This document shows, piece by piece, positions 31,704 to 41,563 of a DNA stretch of 64,000 nucleotides. A model generated the notes under the pieces. It saw only the letters and a program-made list of their open reading frames with translations, made no database searches and had not been told where the DNA came from. The number at the start of each line of letters is the position of its first letter. The stretch's first letter is position 1. The DNA comes from an uncultured Thiotrichales bacterium (GTDB lineage Bacteria > Pseudomonadota > Gammaproteobacteria > UBA4575), in contig CAZTNC010000015.1 in the NCBI GenBank assembly GCA_964614915.1, positions 89,196-153,195 of the forward strand, given 5' to 3'. A program made the translations under genes and the position numbers.

Positions 31704-32810
31704 ATGGACCCACGGAAATCACAAGAGACAACAGTGATCGATCAATCCCCAGACAAGCCTGAAATGAGCAGCGCCTGGCAAGAGTTCCTAGAGGCGCACG
31801 ATGCCGTAATCGAGAACGGCAAGGTGACTTCCTTTGGACCTTCCGCACAGCCCTACCCAAGCATACAAGACACTTGTGTATGTGAACTTACACCTCTGGG
31901 CCTGATTCGCGTAACTGGCGAAGAAGCCCGGACCTTTCTACACAGCCAGTTTACAAACGACCTGGAGCAGGTCACGGCACATACAGGCCAGTTGAACAGC
32001 TATTGCAGTCCCAAAGGTAGGGTGTTGTCCATCTTCCTGATTTTCAAACATGACGCCGACTATTTCCTGGTCCTGCCACAAGATGTTATCGAGATCACAC
32101 TCCGGAGACTTGTCATGTACAAGCTGCGCACCCAGGTCGACCTGATCGATGCATCCGGACAATCTGTTTTATTCGGCGTAGCCGGGCCCGGGGTGGAGCC
32201 TGCATTCGAAAATCTGGGGATCACACTGCCGCAAAAAGTATATGGCTGCACCCAGGAAAACGGAGCCACACTGGTTCGCCTGCCAAGCGAGAACGTTAGG
32301 ATTTTAATCATGGCCGATGCTGAAACAGCAGTTTCTCTTTGCAGCCAGTTGTCTGAAAAGTTACCGCTTGCAACATTTCGCCTGTGGGACTTGCACGACA
32401 TCTCGTGTGGAATTCCTCAGGTTACCGCGCTTACAAGTGAAGCATTTACCCCGCAAATGACAAATCTGGAACTGATCGATGGAGTAAGTTTCAGCAAGGG
32501 ATGCTACCCGGGCCAAGAAGTTGTTGCACGGACTCATTATCTCGGCAAACCCAACCGGCGCATGTACCGGGCTAACATTGCCACCGAGCGATTGCCCGAG
32601 CCAGGAACTAACGTTTTCTCCGCAGAAGAAGGCGATCAGCCCTTGGGGAAAGTTGTGGTTTCACAAATGGTATCTGCAAGACACGCCAGCGCACTCATCG
32701 TTTTGCGCACCCAAAAAGAAGAAGATCCATGTTTGCGCATCGGATCGGCGGACGGACCTGCAATTTCGCTTCAGGAGTTACCTTACTCTTTGCAGTCTGG
32801 GCCGGACTGA
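31704..32810 (+). CDS. ygfZ: tRNA-modifying folate-binding protein YgfZ
   Basis: KGCYPGQEVVARTHYLGKPNRRMY (the KGCY(T/P)GQE motif) and C-terminal LPYSL; GcvT-like fold. Start uncertain; the internal Met at 31764 is possible. Confidence 0.75.
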   Translation: MDPRKSQETTVIDQSPDKPEMSSAWQEFLEAHDAVIENGKVTSFGPSAQPYPSIQDTCVCELTPLGLIRVTGEEARTFLHSQFTNDLEQVTAHTGQLNSYCSPKGRVLSIFLIFKHDADYFLVLPQDVIEITLRRLVMYKLRTQVDLIDASGQSVLFGVAGPGVEPAFENLGITLPQKVYGCTQENGATLVRLPSENVRILIMADAETAVSLCSQLSEKLPLATFRLWDLHDISCGIPQVTALTSEAFTPQMTNLELIDGVSFSKGCYPGQEVVARTHYLGKPNRRMYRANIATERLPEPGTNVFSAEEGDQPLGKVVVSQMVSARHASALIVLRTQKEEDPCLRIGSADGPAISLQELPYSLQSGPD

Positions 32811-32867
32811 AAAATACAGCGCGACGGCTGTAGGGTGAGACAGCGCGTTTGCGCTTCGATACAGTCC

Positions 32868-34376
32868 TTAGCTATCCCCGTCTTGGTCGCCTGATTCCGG
32901 TTTCATCTGCGGAAACAGGATGACATCACGGATATTGGGTGAATTGGTCAGTAGCATGACAAGGCGATCTACTCCGATGCCCTCCCCTGCGGTGGGAGGC
33001 AGACCATATTCCAGCGCACGAATGTAGTCCGTATCGTAACTCATGGCCTCCTCATCGCCGCTTTTTTTCTCTGCCGCCTGCAATCTGAAGCGCTCAGCCT
33101 GATCCTCCGGATCGTTCAGTTCCGAAAACCCATTGGCTATTTCTCTTCCACCCACAAAAAACTCAAACCGGTCTGTCACGGATGGATCGTCATCATTTTT
33201 CCGGGCAAGTGGAGAAACATCGGTTGAGAATGCCGTGATGAACGTGGGCTCCCGAAGATGTGCTTCGACAGTTTTTTCAAAGATCTCGGTTTGTATTTTG
33301 CCGAGCCTGTAGTTCGGCTCTATTGGCACTTCCAGCTGGGCAGCTGCCTCTTTTGCACCAGCAAGCGTATCCAGTTGGCCTGCCTCCAGTGCAGAGTTGA
33401 AATGCAATATGGATTCTTTCACGGTCATACGGCGAAAAGGTTTGGAGAAATCGAAGGTCTCGTCCCCGTATTGCACGGAGAGACCATCAAGTACTTTGCT
33501 ACAAACCTGGCGCATCATCTCCTCGGTGAGATCCATCAGGTCATGAAAATCGGCATACGCCTGATAAAACTCCAGCATGGTGAATTCAGGGTTATGCTGG
33601 GTGGACAATCCCTCATTGCGAAAATTGCGGTTGATTTCAAAAACCTGTTCCATGCCCCCGATGACCAGCCGCTTAAGATACAGCTCAGGTGCTACACGCA
33701 TGTACAGGGGTCTACCAAGCGCATTGTGGTAGGTCTCGAACGGCCTTGCCGCAGCACCTCCTGCAATGGTTTGCATCATGGGTGTCTCGACTTCAACAAA
33801 ATTGCGCTTGACCAGAAATTGCCGCAGGCACCGGATGATTTCGGTGCGTTTTTTCAAAACCTCACGCGAACTCCGGTTCATGATCAAGTCGACATAGCGT
33901 TGCCGATACCGCTGCTCCTGGTCAGTCAGCCCGTGGAATTTTTCAGGCAAGGGTCGCAGTGACTTGGTCAACAGCACAGCGGACTGGATCTTTACATACA
34001 GATCGCCCTTGCCGGATTTGTGCACGGGGCCGGTCACTCCCACAATATCCCCGATATCCCAGGTATCAACGTCTTGAATGAGCGATTCAGATGAACTCTT
34101 GCGATCAAGATAGGCTTGTATGCGGCCTGTCATATCCTGCAACACCAAAAAGGAACTTCGCTTCCCCATGATGCGTGCACCGATGGCCACACACTGGTTC
34201 AGCTCAATGAGCTCATCCTTTGATTTCCCCGAGAGCGTGTCTTGCAGGTCTTGGGCAAGAGCGTTTCTTCGAAAGTGGTTCGAAAAGGCGGCGCCCTTTT
34301 TTCTCTGCTCAGCCAGCTTTGCACGCCTTTGGGCAATCAGCCTGTTCTCGTTCTTGGCCTGATCTTCTTCCTGCAT
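32868..34376 (-). CDS. lysS: lysine--tRNA ligase
   Basis: Class II aaRS motifs and an N-terminal OB domain; immediately downstream of prfB as in E. coli. Confidence 0.95.
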   Translation of the reverse strand: MQEEDQAKNENRLIAQRRAKLAEQRKKGAAFSNHFRRNALAQDLQDTLSGKSKDELIELNQCVAIGARIMGKRSSFLVLQDMTGRIQAYLDRKSSSESLIQDVDTWDIGDIVGVTGPVHKSGKGDLYVKIQSAVLLTKSLRPLPEKFHGLTDQEQRYRQRYVDLIMNRSSREVLKKRTEIIRCLRQFLVKRNFVEVETPMMQTIAGGAAARPFETYHNALGRPLYMRVAPELYLKRLVIGGMEQVFEINRNFRNEGLSTQHNPEFTMLEFYQAYADFHDLMDLTEEMMRQVCSKVLDGLSVQYGDETFDFSKPFRRMTVKESILHFNSALEAGQLDTLAGAKEAAAQLEVPIEPNYRLGKIQTEIFEKTVEAHLREPTFITAFSTDVSPLARKNDDDPSVTDRFEFFVGGREIANGFSELNDPEDQAERFRLQAAEKKSGDEEAMSYDTDYIRALEYGLPPTAGEGIGVDRLVMLLTNSPNIRDVILFPQMKPESGDQDGDS

Positions 34377-34381
34377 CCTGC

Positions 34382-35481
34382 CTAAACCCCGCTCTTGAGG
34401 CTTGCCTCGATAAAAGTGTCAAGATTACCGTCGAGCACAGCTTGTGTATTTCCGGTTTCAACAGAGGTGCGCAGGTCCTTGATACGTGACTGATCAAGCA
34501 CGTATGAACGAATCTGGCTACCCCATCCTATATCTGCCTTGCTTTCTTCCAAGGCCTGTTTTTCGCTGTCACGTTTCTTGACTTCCATCTCGTACAGCTT
34601 GGCCCTGAGTTGTTTCATGGCAGTTTCCTTGTTCCTGTGCTTGGAGCGGTCATTCTGGCATTGTGTCACAACCCCGGTCGGCAGGTGTGTGATGCGCACG
34701 GCAGACTCAGTCTTGTTTACATGTTGGCCACCTGCGCCACTTGCGCGGTACACGTCGATGCGCAAATCGGCAGGATTGATTTCGATATCAATATCGTCAT
34801 TCACCTCGGGGGATACAAATACTGCCGCAAAGGAAGTGTGTCTGCGGTTGCCGGAATCAAACGGTGATTTGCGCACCAGCCGGTGCACACCGGTTTCCGT
34901 GCGGAGCCACCCGAATGCATACTCGCCCTCGAACCTGACCGTCGCACTCTTGATACCGGCCACCTCCCCAGGGGAAACCTCGATCAACTCGGTTATAAAA
35001 TCCTTTTGCTCGCCCCATCGAAGGTACATCCGCAATAACATTTCCGCCCAGTCCTGGGCTTCTGTACCTCCTGAGCCAGACTGTATATCCAGGAAGGCAT
35101 TGCTGGCATCCATTTCACCCGAGAACATTCGGCTAAACTCGAGCCTGGCGACACTTGACTCCAGTTCCAACAGGTCTTCTTCCACGGCCTGTATGGCTTC
35201 CGGGTCTTCCTCCTCCATGGCCAGCTCAAGCAAACTGCCTGCATCAGCAAGCCCCTGTTCCACGTGCTCTATCGTGTGGACCACTGCCTCGAGCTCCGTG
35301 CGCTGCTTGCCAAGCTTTTGCACAACTTCAGGCTGATTCCAGATATCCGGGCTCTCTAACTCCTTGTTGAGCTCATGCAGGAGTTCGCACTTGTCATCGT
35401 AGTCAAAGATACCCCCTTAGGTTCATGGTGCGCGCACGCAGATCATCGATCAGATTTTGTAGTGCGTTGGTTTCCATCATG
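34382..35481 (-). CDS. prfB: peptide chain release factor 2 (programmed +1 frameshift)
   Basis: A 25-codon frame ([28 protein letters not shown]) joined at CTT TGA C to a 340-codon frame containing the SPF and GGQ motifs ([11 protein letters not shown]), total about 365 aa. The ORF track lists only 34382..35323. Confidence 0.9.
35403..35417 (-). other. prfB: prfB +1 frameshift element (AGGGGG-TAT-CTT-TGA-C)
   Basis: Read directly on the minus strand: SD-like AGGGGG, a 3-nt spacer, then the slippery CTT followed by an in-frame TGA. Confidence 0.85.
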
Positions 35482-35648
35482 TTTTCCGGGTGGACTCAGG
35501 GCACGTATGATACCGTAATAAAGGGTACCAGCAATAGGCGTTGACACGCACCAGACCTGACAAACCCTAACCCTGTCCAAAGATCGTTGCTGCAGAATTC
35601 GATACCAGGTGTGGCTTATTCAGGCCCATCATTACAAGTGGGATATAC

Positions 35649-37118
35649 TTGATCTCGGCAATTTGCACGGACCACCCTATCTTCATCACGGGCATGAGCG
35701 AACATATCCTATTTCTGACTGGCAAACTTGCCGAAAAAAGCTTGCGGCGCGTCCTGGATACCATGCAACCGACGGATTTTACCTATGAAGTGCGCCAGCT
35801 TGGGGTCAGCGTAGCTGCACTGATGACCACCAAGCTGATCGAAAAACGCCTCGGTGATACAGGGCAGGCAAACCGGATCATCATCCCTGGACGCTGCCGT
35901 GGTGAGATCGAGGCTCTTTCCAAGTCCCTGAAGACGCCGGTCGAACGCGGTCCCACAGAACTCAAGGATCTGCCCGCATACCTCGGTCAATCCATAAAAA
36001 AAACAGACCTGAGTGCCTACAGCGTGCAAATTTTTGCAGAAATCGTGGACGCTCCGAACATGTCCGTCGAGGAGATAGTAAGACGGGCACGAACCTATCA
36101 ACAGGATGGCGCCAACGTCATCGACGTTGGTTGCCTGCCCGGTGTCACATTCCCGCACCTTGCAGAGTCCGTAGAGGCACTTAAAGGCGAAAATTTCAAG
36201 GTCAGCATCGACTCGCTGGAACCAGAAGATCTGATTTCAGGAGCCAATGCGGGAGCCGACTATCTCCTCAGCCTGAATGAAAAAAGCCTGTGGATCGCAG
36301 AAGAAGTGGACGCCATACCCATAGTGATCGGCAGTCCACCGAACAATGCCAGGTCCCTGTACCGGTCAATGCGCATTCTGTCAAAGCGTGGCAAGCCATT
36401 TATTGCCGACTCGATCCTTGATCCGATTCACTTCGGTTTTACCGAATCTATCGTACGCTATCGCAATTTGCGCAAGCTTTTCCCGAATGCCGAGATCATC
36501 ATGGGTACCGGAAATTTGACAGAACTCACGCATGCAGACTCGGCAGGCACCAGTGCCCTTCTGTCCGGCATCATGTCAGAGCTTGAAATCCAGCACTTGC
36601 TGGTCACGGAGGTCAGTGAACACTGCCGACACGCAGTACGCGAGGCAGACCTTGCACGGCGCATCATGCATGCCGCGAAAATTGACAACGTTCCACCCAA
36701 GGGCTATGACAATGGCCTGATGGGCCTGCATGAATGTGAGCCCTTCCCCTATACTGTCGAGGAAATCGAGGAACTCGCCGAGCAGGTCAAGGACCCGAAC
36801 TACCGCATACAGCTCAGCAGCAAAGGTATTCACACCTACAACCGCGACGGCATGCAAACCACCACGGACCCGTACGAAATTTACCCGCACCTGGACATAG
36901 AAAACGACAGCGGCCACGCCTTCTACCTCGGCGTCGAGCATGCGCGCGCACAGATTGCGTGGCAGCTTGGCAAAAGGTACGAGCAGGATGAAGAACTGAA
37001 CTGGGGTGTGGCTACCCGCAAGGAGGCGGAAGATCTCAGCCGATACAAGGCAGCGGGTTCAACCATGCACACCCGAAGGGCCCGCAAGGCCAAACGGAAA
37101 AGCAGAGGGAAAAACTAG
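35649..37118 (+). CDS. dihydropteroate-synthase-like pterin-binding protein (methanopterin biosynthesis, orf19-type) with an N-terminal extension
   Basis: 489 aa. The C-terminal two-thirds is a Pterin_bind/DHPS-like TIM barrel (VIDVGCLPG..., SIDS..., GTGNLTELT). The first ~130 aa is an extra domain. The true start may be the Met at 35694. Confidence 0.6.
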   Translation: MISAICTDHPIFITGMSEHILFLTGKLAEKSLRRVLDTMQPTDFTYEVRQLGVSVAALMTTKLIEKRLGDTGQANRIIIPGRCRGEIEALSKSLKTPVERGPTELKDLPAYLGQSIKKTDLSAYSVQIFAEIVDAPNMSVEEIVRRARTYQQDGANVIDVGCLPGVTFPHLAESVEALKGENFKVSIDSLEPEDLISGANAGADYLLSLNEKSLWIAEEVDAIPIVIGSPPNNARSLYRSMRILSKRGKPFIADSILDPIHFGFTESIVRYRNLRKLFPNAEIIMGTGNLTELTHADSAGTSALLSGIMSELEIQHLLVTEVSEHCRHAVREADLARRIMHAAKIDNVPPKGYDNGLMGLHECEPFPYTVEEIEELAEQVKDPNYRIQLSSKGIHTYNRDGMQTTTDPYEIYPHLDIENDSGHAFYLGVEHARAQIAWQLGKRYEQDEELNWGVATRKEAEDLSRYKAAGSTMHTRRARKAKRKSRGKN

Positions 37119-37119
37119 C

Positions 37120-37698
37120 ATGCCATTCATCAGGGAATGCATCGTTACCACGCTCAGGGAAAACGACGATGTGCATATCGCCCCCATGGGGATTCATGAA
37201 GATGGAAAAAACCTGATCATCCTGCCATTCAAGCCGTCCACCACACTGGACAACCTGGAAAGACAAGGAACTGCAACGCTGAACTACACAGACGACGTGC
37301 GCATCTACGCCGGCTGTCTGACCGGCCGCAACGACTGGCCGACATGCAGCACTGAAATCATCCAGGGGGTACGCCTTGAAGATTGTCTGGCCCATACAGA
37401 ACTGGAAGTGACTGGCAAGGTGGACGACCCGGTGCGGCCAAGGTATTCCTGCAAAACCGTGCATGAGGCGATTCATGCACCTTTCCATGGCTATAATCGT
37501 GCACAGTCCGCAGTGATTGAACTTGCTATCCTGGTCAGTCGACTGCACATGCTGCCCCAGGCAAGAATCCGCCAGGAAATCGAGTACCTGAGAACACCTG
37601 TAGATAAGACGGCAGGTCCGCGTGAGCAGGAGGCCTGGGACTGGCTGATGACGAAAGTGGACAGTTTTCAGACATCAAAGAAGGAGGGCCGGCAATGA
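37120..37698 (+). CDS. DUF447-family protein (H4MPT-island orf20-type)
   Basis: 193 aa starting at the ATG 2 nt after the stop of the previous gene (MPFIRECIVTT...); the longer ORF-track version would overlap upstream. Stop overlaps the mfnB start (ATGA). Association with H4MPT genes is from established knowledge of methylotroph islands. Confidence 0.6.
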   Translation: MPFIRECIVTTLRENDDVHIAPMGIHEDGKNLIILPFKPSTTLDNLERQGTATLNYTDDVRIYAGCLTGRNDWPTCSTEIIQGVRLEDCLAHTELEVTGKVDDPVRPRYSCKTVHEAIHAPFHGYNRAQSAVIELAILVSRLHMLPQARIRQEIEYLRTPVDKTAGPREQEAWDWLMTKVDSFQTSKKEGRQ

Positions 37699-38411
37699 CC
37701 GGGATGCTTGCAAGCGTTCGAAACATGGAAGAGGCAGATTTGGCATGCCGGGAAGGCGTCGATATCGTCGACCTGAAGGAACCGCGCCAGGGTGCCCTGG
37801 GGGCCGTTCCCTTGGATACCATACACCGCATCGTTGACGAGTTGTGGGAAAAATGCCTGATCAGCGCCACCATCGGCGACATGCCTGCCAACCCTTTCGC
37901 AATCAAGGAGCAGGTCATGAAAACTGCAGAAGCCGGAGTCGATTACGTGAAAGTCGGCCTGTTCAGTCAACGCCATGTTGAAGATTGCCTGCCCGCTCTT
38001 GCATCCTGTTCACGCAAGGGCATCGCGATTATTGCAGTTCTGTTTGTGGATACAGAATTCGACACCGACCATATCATCCGCAGCGCGAGGCATGCCGGGC
38101 TGAAAGGCGTCATGCTGGACACTGCAGGCAAAGTCTCGGGCAGCCTGCTTCAGCACCGGAACATCTTCCAGCTTGAGTATTTCGTCAATCGTGCTCGTCA
38201 GTACGGCCTGCTTACAGGGCTGGCGGGCTCTTTGACAATAGAAAATATCCCGACACTGATACGCGTTGCCCCCGACTACATCGGGTTTCGCACCGCGCTT
38301 TGCTCGGACAAGGAGAGAGTCGGCTGCGTCGACAAGGAAGCCCTGCGGGAAGTCAGAAGAGCGATTCCGGTAGTTCCGGAACTCCCTTACAGGCGAACCA
38401 GTTCCTCATGA
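37695..38411 (+). CDS. mfnB: (5-formylfuran-3-yl)methyl phosphate synthase MfnB (DUF556)
   Basis: GVDIVDLKEPRQGALGA, GVDYVKVGLF, MLDTAGKVSGSLL, LAGSLTIENIPTL parallel M. jannaschii MfnB (ADIIDVKNP..GSLGA, GADYIKVGL, LDTA.K.G, LAGS..E.IP). Confidence 0.75.
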   Translation: MTGMLASVRNMEEADLACREGVDIVDLKEPRQGALGAVPLDTIHRIVDELWEKCLISATIGDMPANPFAIKEQVMKTAEAGVDYVKVGLFSQRHVEDCLPALASCSRKGIAIIAVLFVDTEFDTDHIIRSARHAGLKGVMLDTAGKVSGSLLQHRNIFQLEYFVNRARQYGLLTGLAGSLTIENIPTLIRVAPDYIGFRTALCSDKERVGCVDKEALREVRRAIPVVPELPYRRTSSS

Positions 38412-40906
38412 GAGCCCGCCGGGGCTGTGGTCTCAAGCAACAGGGGGATCACGCTGAAGGTTGCGAACAGGGAAATCAGCATGGCAATGCTGGTCAACAT
38501 GCCGAAATAGATCGAAGGGAAAAAGCTGGACAGCACCAGTATAACGAATCCCAGTGAGATGGTGATCGAGGTGAAGTAAAGTGCCTTGCCGGCCGTAGTC
38601 TGTGCAGTGCGGATGGCATCGAGGTTGCTGTTTTTGCGCGCACGTTCCCTCTTGTAGCGATGAATATAGTGGATGGCATAGTCAACACCGACTCCAACGG
38701 TAATGGCAGCGGTCGTGATCGTCATGATATCGAGCGGAATCCCCGACATGCCAATCAGTCCCAGCACAAAAAGTACAGTGAACATGTTCGGCAGCGCACC
38801 GATCAGGGCCAGCTTCAAGCTGCGGAACAAGAATGCCAGCACGACCAGAATACAGGCAAACACTGTACCCAGAGTTAGGATTTGCGAGCGAAACAGGCTT
38901 TGCAGAACGTTGTTGTACAGCACGCTGATCCCGGTTAGCCTGAAGTCCTCATTGTCCTTGATATAACTGCCGGCAATGTCGGTGCGTATCTTGTTCAGCA
39001 GATCGTTCCTGACCAGGGAAGGGTCAGAGTCCCTGATGCGTGCAAGAATCCTGGCCTGGTTCCCATCTGTTGAGACGTAGGGGGCAATCATGGCCTGTTT
39101 GACGTTTTCCGGCACTTTCGAATAAATCATCGACAGGTGGAAGTCCTCGAGTTCTTCCCCATCGTTTACCAGCCGCATCACCTCTTCGATACTGGAAAGA
39201 GACAGTACCTTACCTATCTCAGGTAACCCCTCGAGATACTTATGGATTTTGTCGATCTTTCTGATCCCTATCCTGTTGTACCAGTAGCTTGTAGCGGTAA
39301 AATCATCCTGCGTGTCTTCAAGACCTGCAAGATAGTCATCAAACTCGGCGAATTCGTCGTCTTCCTCGCCTATGTCAATCTCCGGTGCGGTTTCCCGTGT
39401 AGCATCCAGAATGACCTCCAGCGGGGAAATGCCACCCAGCTCCTGGTCGATCACCGCCAGACCCTGATAGATGTCCGTGGACTTCTTGAAATAATCGATA
39501 AACCGGTTTTCCACCGTGAGCTGACCGATCCCCACTAGGCTGAACAGAAACATCGCTGTCAGCACAACGGCTGCAATCATCTTGTTTCCCAGAACCAAAT
39601 TGAGTACCCGGTTAAGCAATACAGAGGAAGTGTCTTTCTGCACTTGCCTTGGTCTGGGCTCAAACAGCGTTATCAGTGCAGGCAACACCGTGAAGGTAAG
39701 CAAAAACGCGCAGAAAAGGCCCAGGATCATGATGTGACCGAAAGTGATGATCGGCCGTATGTCGCTGACCGTCAGCGAGAAAAAAGCTATCACGGTAGTC
39801 AGGACCATATACAGGCAGGGAGTAATTATCTGTGAAGCCGCCGTCCTGGTGTTTTCCTTGGTACTGGCATCTGGATTAAGGGACTGGATTTCCTGATAGC
39901 GAATGATCACGTGTATCGATAGAGCGATCGAGAAGATGAGCAGCAAGGCCACAAAGTTCGATGAGATCACGGTCAACTGATAATCCAGCAACCCGATTAT
40001 CCCGGAAACAAGCAGAACGCTCAACACGGCACACACCAGTGCCAGGAATACCCAGGCCAGACTCCTGAAAAAGATGAGCAGCACAATCACCATGATTACG
40101 GCAATGGCTACACCGAAGGTGGCCAGGTCTTGGCGAACGAAATCCTTCATGTCGTTGTTCACCAGCGGGGCACCTGCCAGATAGAACTGGCCGGTATCCC
40201 TGAGGTCTGAGAGATCGGCACGCATGGAAGTGAGAACTTGTCTGTAATGGTCGTTGCTCAGATCCCTTTGCTCGCGGATATCGGCACGGATCGACTCCAG
40301 CTTGTCTTTTTCCGCCTCGGTAATGGATCCGTCGTCCTGCTTTTGCAAAAGCGCGTATCGCTGCTCCTGCAGGTCCCACAGCACCTCGTTCTTGTAAAAA
40401 CCCACATGGACGGCCGTCAGGCCCAGGTTCCGGTTCACCAGGTTGTCCAGGTAGATAGAACTCGTAGTGAATTCCTCCCTTGCCTTGTCGATATCCACCT
40501 CAGGCGAAAGCAGGTTGGGATACTCGATGCTGCCGGTCTCTTCATCCTTGATCGGTTGCATCAGCAGCGGTACATTGGTAATCGAGGTAACCGCTTCAAC
40601 ACGGTCGAGATTTTCGAACTTCTGCACAAGCCCATCGATCAACAGGATCGTCTCCTGGCTTAGCATTTCGCCATGAGGCTTGTAGCCGACGATCAGAAAT
40701 TCATCCGTGCTGTAGTGACGATGCACCTCCCGGTAATATTTGAGATCCGGATCGCTTTCGAGCATCAGCGAGTCCGCAGAGGAATCAATGTCCAGTTTCT
40801 TGATGTACGGACTTGTTGCCGCCACCAGTGCAAGCACGCAAAGAATCACGGGGTAGGGATAGTTCGTGACGATGCGAAAGAAAGCGCTTACCGAGGACTG
40901 CAACAT
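38387..40906 (-). CDS. RND/MMPL-superfamily exporter (12-TM, two periplasmic domains)
   Basis: 839 aa. Two TM bundles (about residues 270-420 and 680-830), each preceded by a large soluble domain, as in an RND/MMPL transporter. Its 3' end overlaps the mfnB 3' end by 25 nt. Confidence 0.7.
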   Translation of the reverse strand: MLQSSVSAFFRIVTNYPYPVILCVLALVAATSPYIKKLDIDSSADSLMLESDPDLKYYREVHRHYSTDEFLIVGYKPHGEMLSQETILLIDGLVQKFENLDRVEAVTSITNVPLLMQPIKDEETGSIEYPNLLSPEVDIDKAREEFTTSSIYLDNLVNRNLGLTAVHVGFYKNEVLWDLQEQRYALLQKQDDGSITEAEKDKLESIRADIREQRDLSNDHYRQVLTSMRADLSDLRDTGQFYLAGAPLVNNDMKDFVRQDLATFGVAIAVIMVIVLLIFFRSLAWVFLALVCAVLSVLLVSGIIGLLDYQLTVISSNFVALLLIFSIALSIHVIIRYQEIQSLNPDASTKENTRTAASQIITPCLYMVLTTVIAFFSLTVSDIRPIITFGHIMILGLFCAFLLTFTVLPALITLFEPRPRQVQKDTSSVLLNRVLNLVLGNKMIAAVVLTAMFLFSLVGIGQLTVENRFIDYFKKSTDIYQGLAVIDQELGGISPLEVILDATRETAPEIDIGEEDDEFAEFDDYLAGLEDTQDDFTATSYWYNRIGIRKIDKIHKYLEGLPEIGKVLSLSSIEEVMRLVNDGEELEDFHLSMIYSKVPENVKQAMIAPYVSTDGNQARILARIRDSDPSLVRNDLLNKIRTDIAGSYIKDNEDFRLTGISVLYNNVLQSLFRSQILTLGTVFACILVVLAFLFRSLKLALIGALPNMFTVLFVLGLIGMSGIPLDIMTITTAAITVGVGVDYAIHYIHRYKRERARKNSNLDAIRTAQTTAGKALYFTSITISLGFVILVLSSFFPSIYFGMLTSIAMLISLFATFSVIPLLLETTAPAGSHEELVRL

Positions 40907-40969
40907 CAGCTTATTTTATCCATTTGCATTTTTTATACACGGGTACACAAACCGGTGCAAAATCCCGGG

Positions 40970-41563
40970 TCAGGGAGTATCCATACCCAGCAGTTCCTCA
41001 AACTCACACGCCTTGGATTTGTGCAGGAAATGAGCCGTTATTCTAGTATCAGCCAGCAGCCTTGGCAAAGCCGGGTCGACACAGCCGTGCTCTTGCAATT
41101 GATCCACCGGCATCTCTGAAAGCGTCAGCGGAGAGGATTTTACAAACAGCAGTTTCGTCACGGACAAATACCCGGCCAGCCAAGCTGCAAGACTGTCCGA
41201 GGTGACATCCCAGGTCTTCGGCAGCTCACACTGCTGACTGACCAGGGGATATGGCTCCCATATTGCGGTCTTCCCATCATTCCAGCACGCCTGGATCTGT
41301 ACCCTGTCACTGGCAAGACGGAGTCCCGGGCAAAGGGATGCCATCAGGCATCCGAACTGCTGCATGGCAAGTACCGCCATGTGATGGGCATGCGCAAGTT
41401 CCAGGCCGAACCGTTGGTCGGTGTTGCGGACGAGGTCCGCAAAAGGACCACCGCCCGGCACAATCACCATCTTATGGGAACCCAGGGCCTGCAATGTATT
41501 CAGCCATTCCTCCAAATGCTTGCTTCCGTACAGGCTGCCTCCTATCTTAATGACCCAGGGCAT
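40970..41563 (-). CDS. amino-acid-kinase-fold protein, MfnE-like (COG2054; H4MPT-island orf22-type)
   Basis: 197 aa; MPWVIKIGGSLYGS...MVIVPGGGPFAD is the carbamate/amino-acid kinase N-terminal signature. Position next to mfnB/F/D homologues suggests [5-(aminomethyl)furan-3-yl]methyl phosphate kinase. Confidence 0.55.
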   Translation of the reverse strand: MPWVIKIGGSLYGSKHLEEWLNTLQALGSHKMVIVPGGGPFADLVRNTDQRFGLELAHAHHMAVLAMQQFGCLMASLCPGLRLASDRVQIQACWNDGKTAIWEPYPLVSQQCELPKTWDVTSDSLAAWLAGYLSVTKLLFVKSSPLTLSEMPVDQLQEHGCVDPALPRLLADTRITAHFLHKSKACEFEELLGMDTP

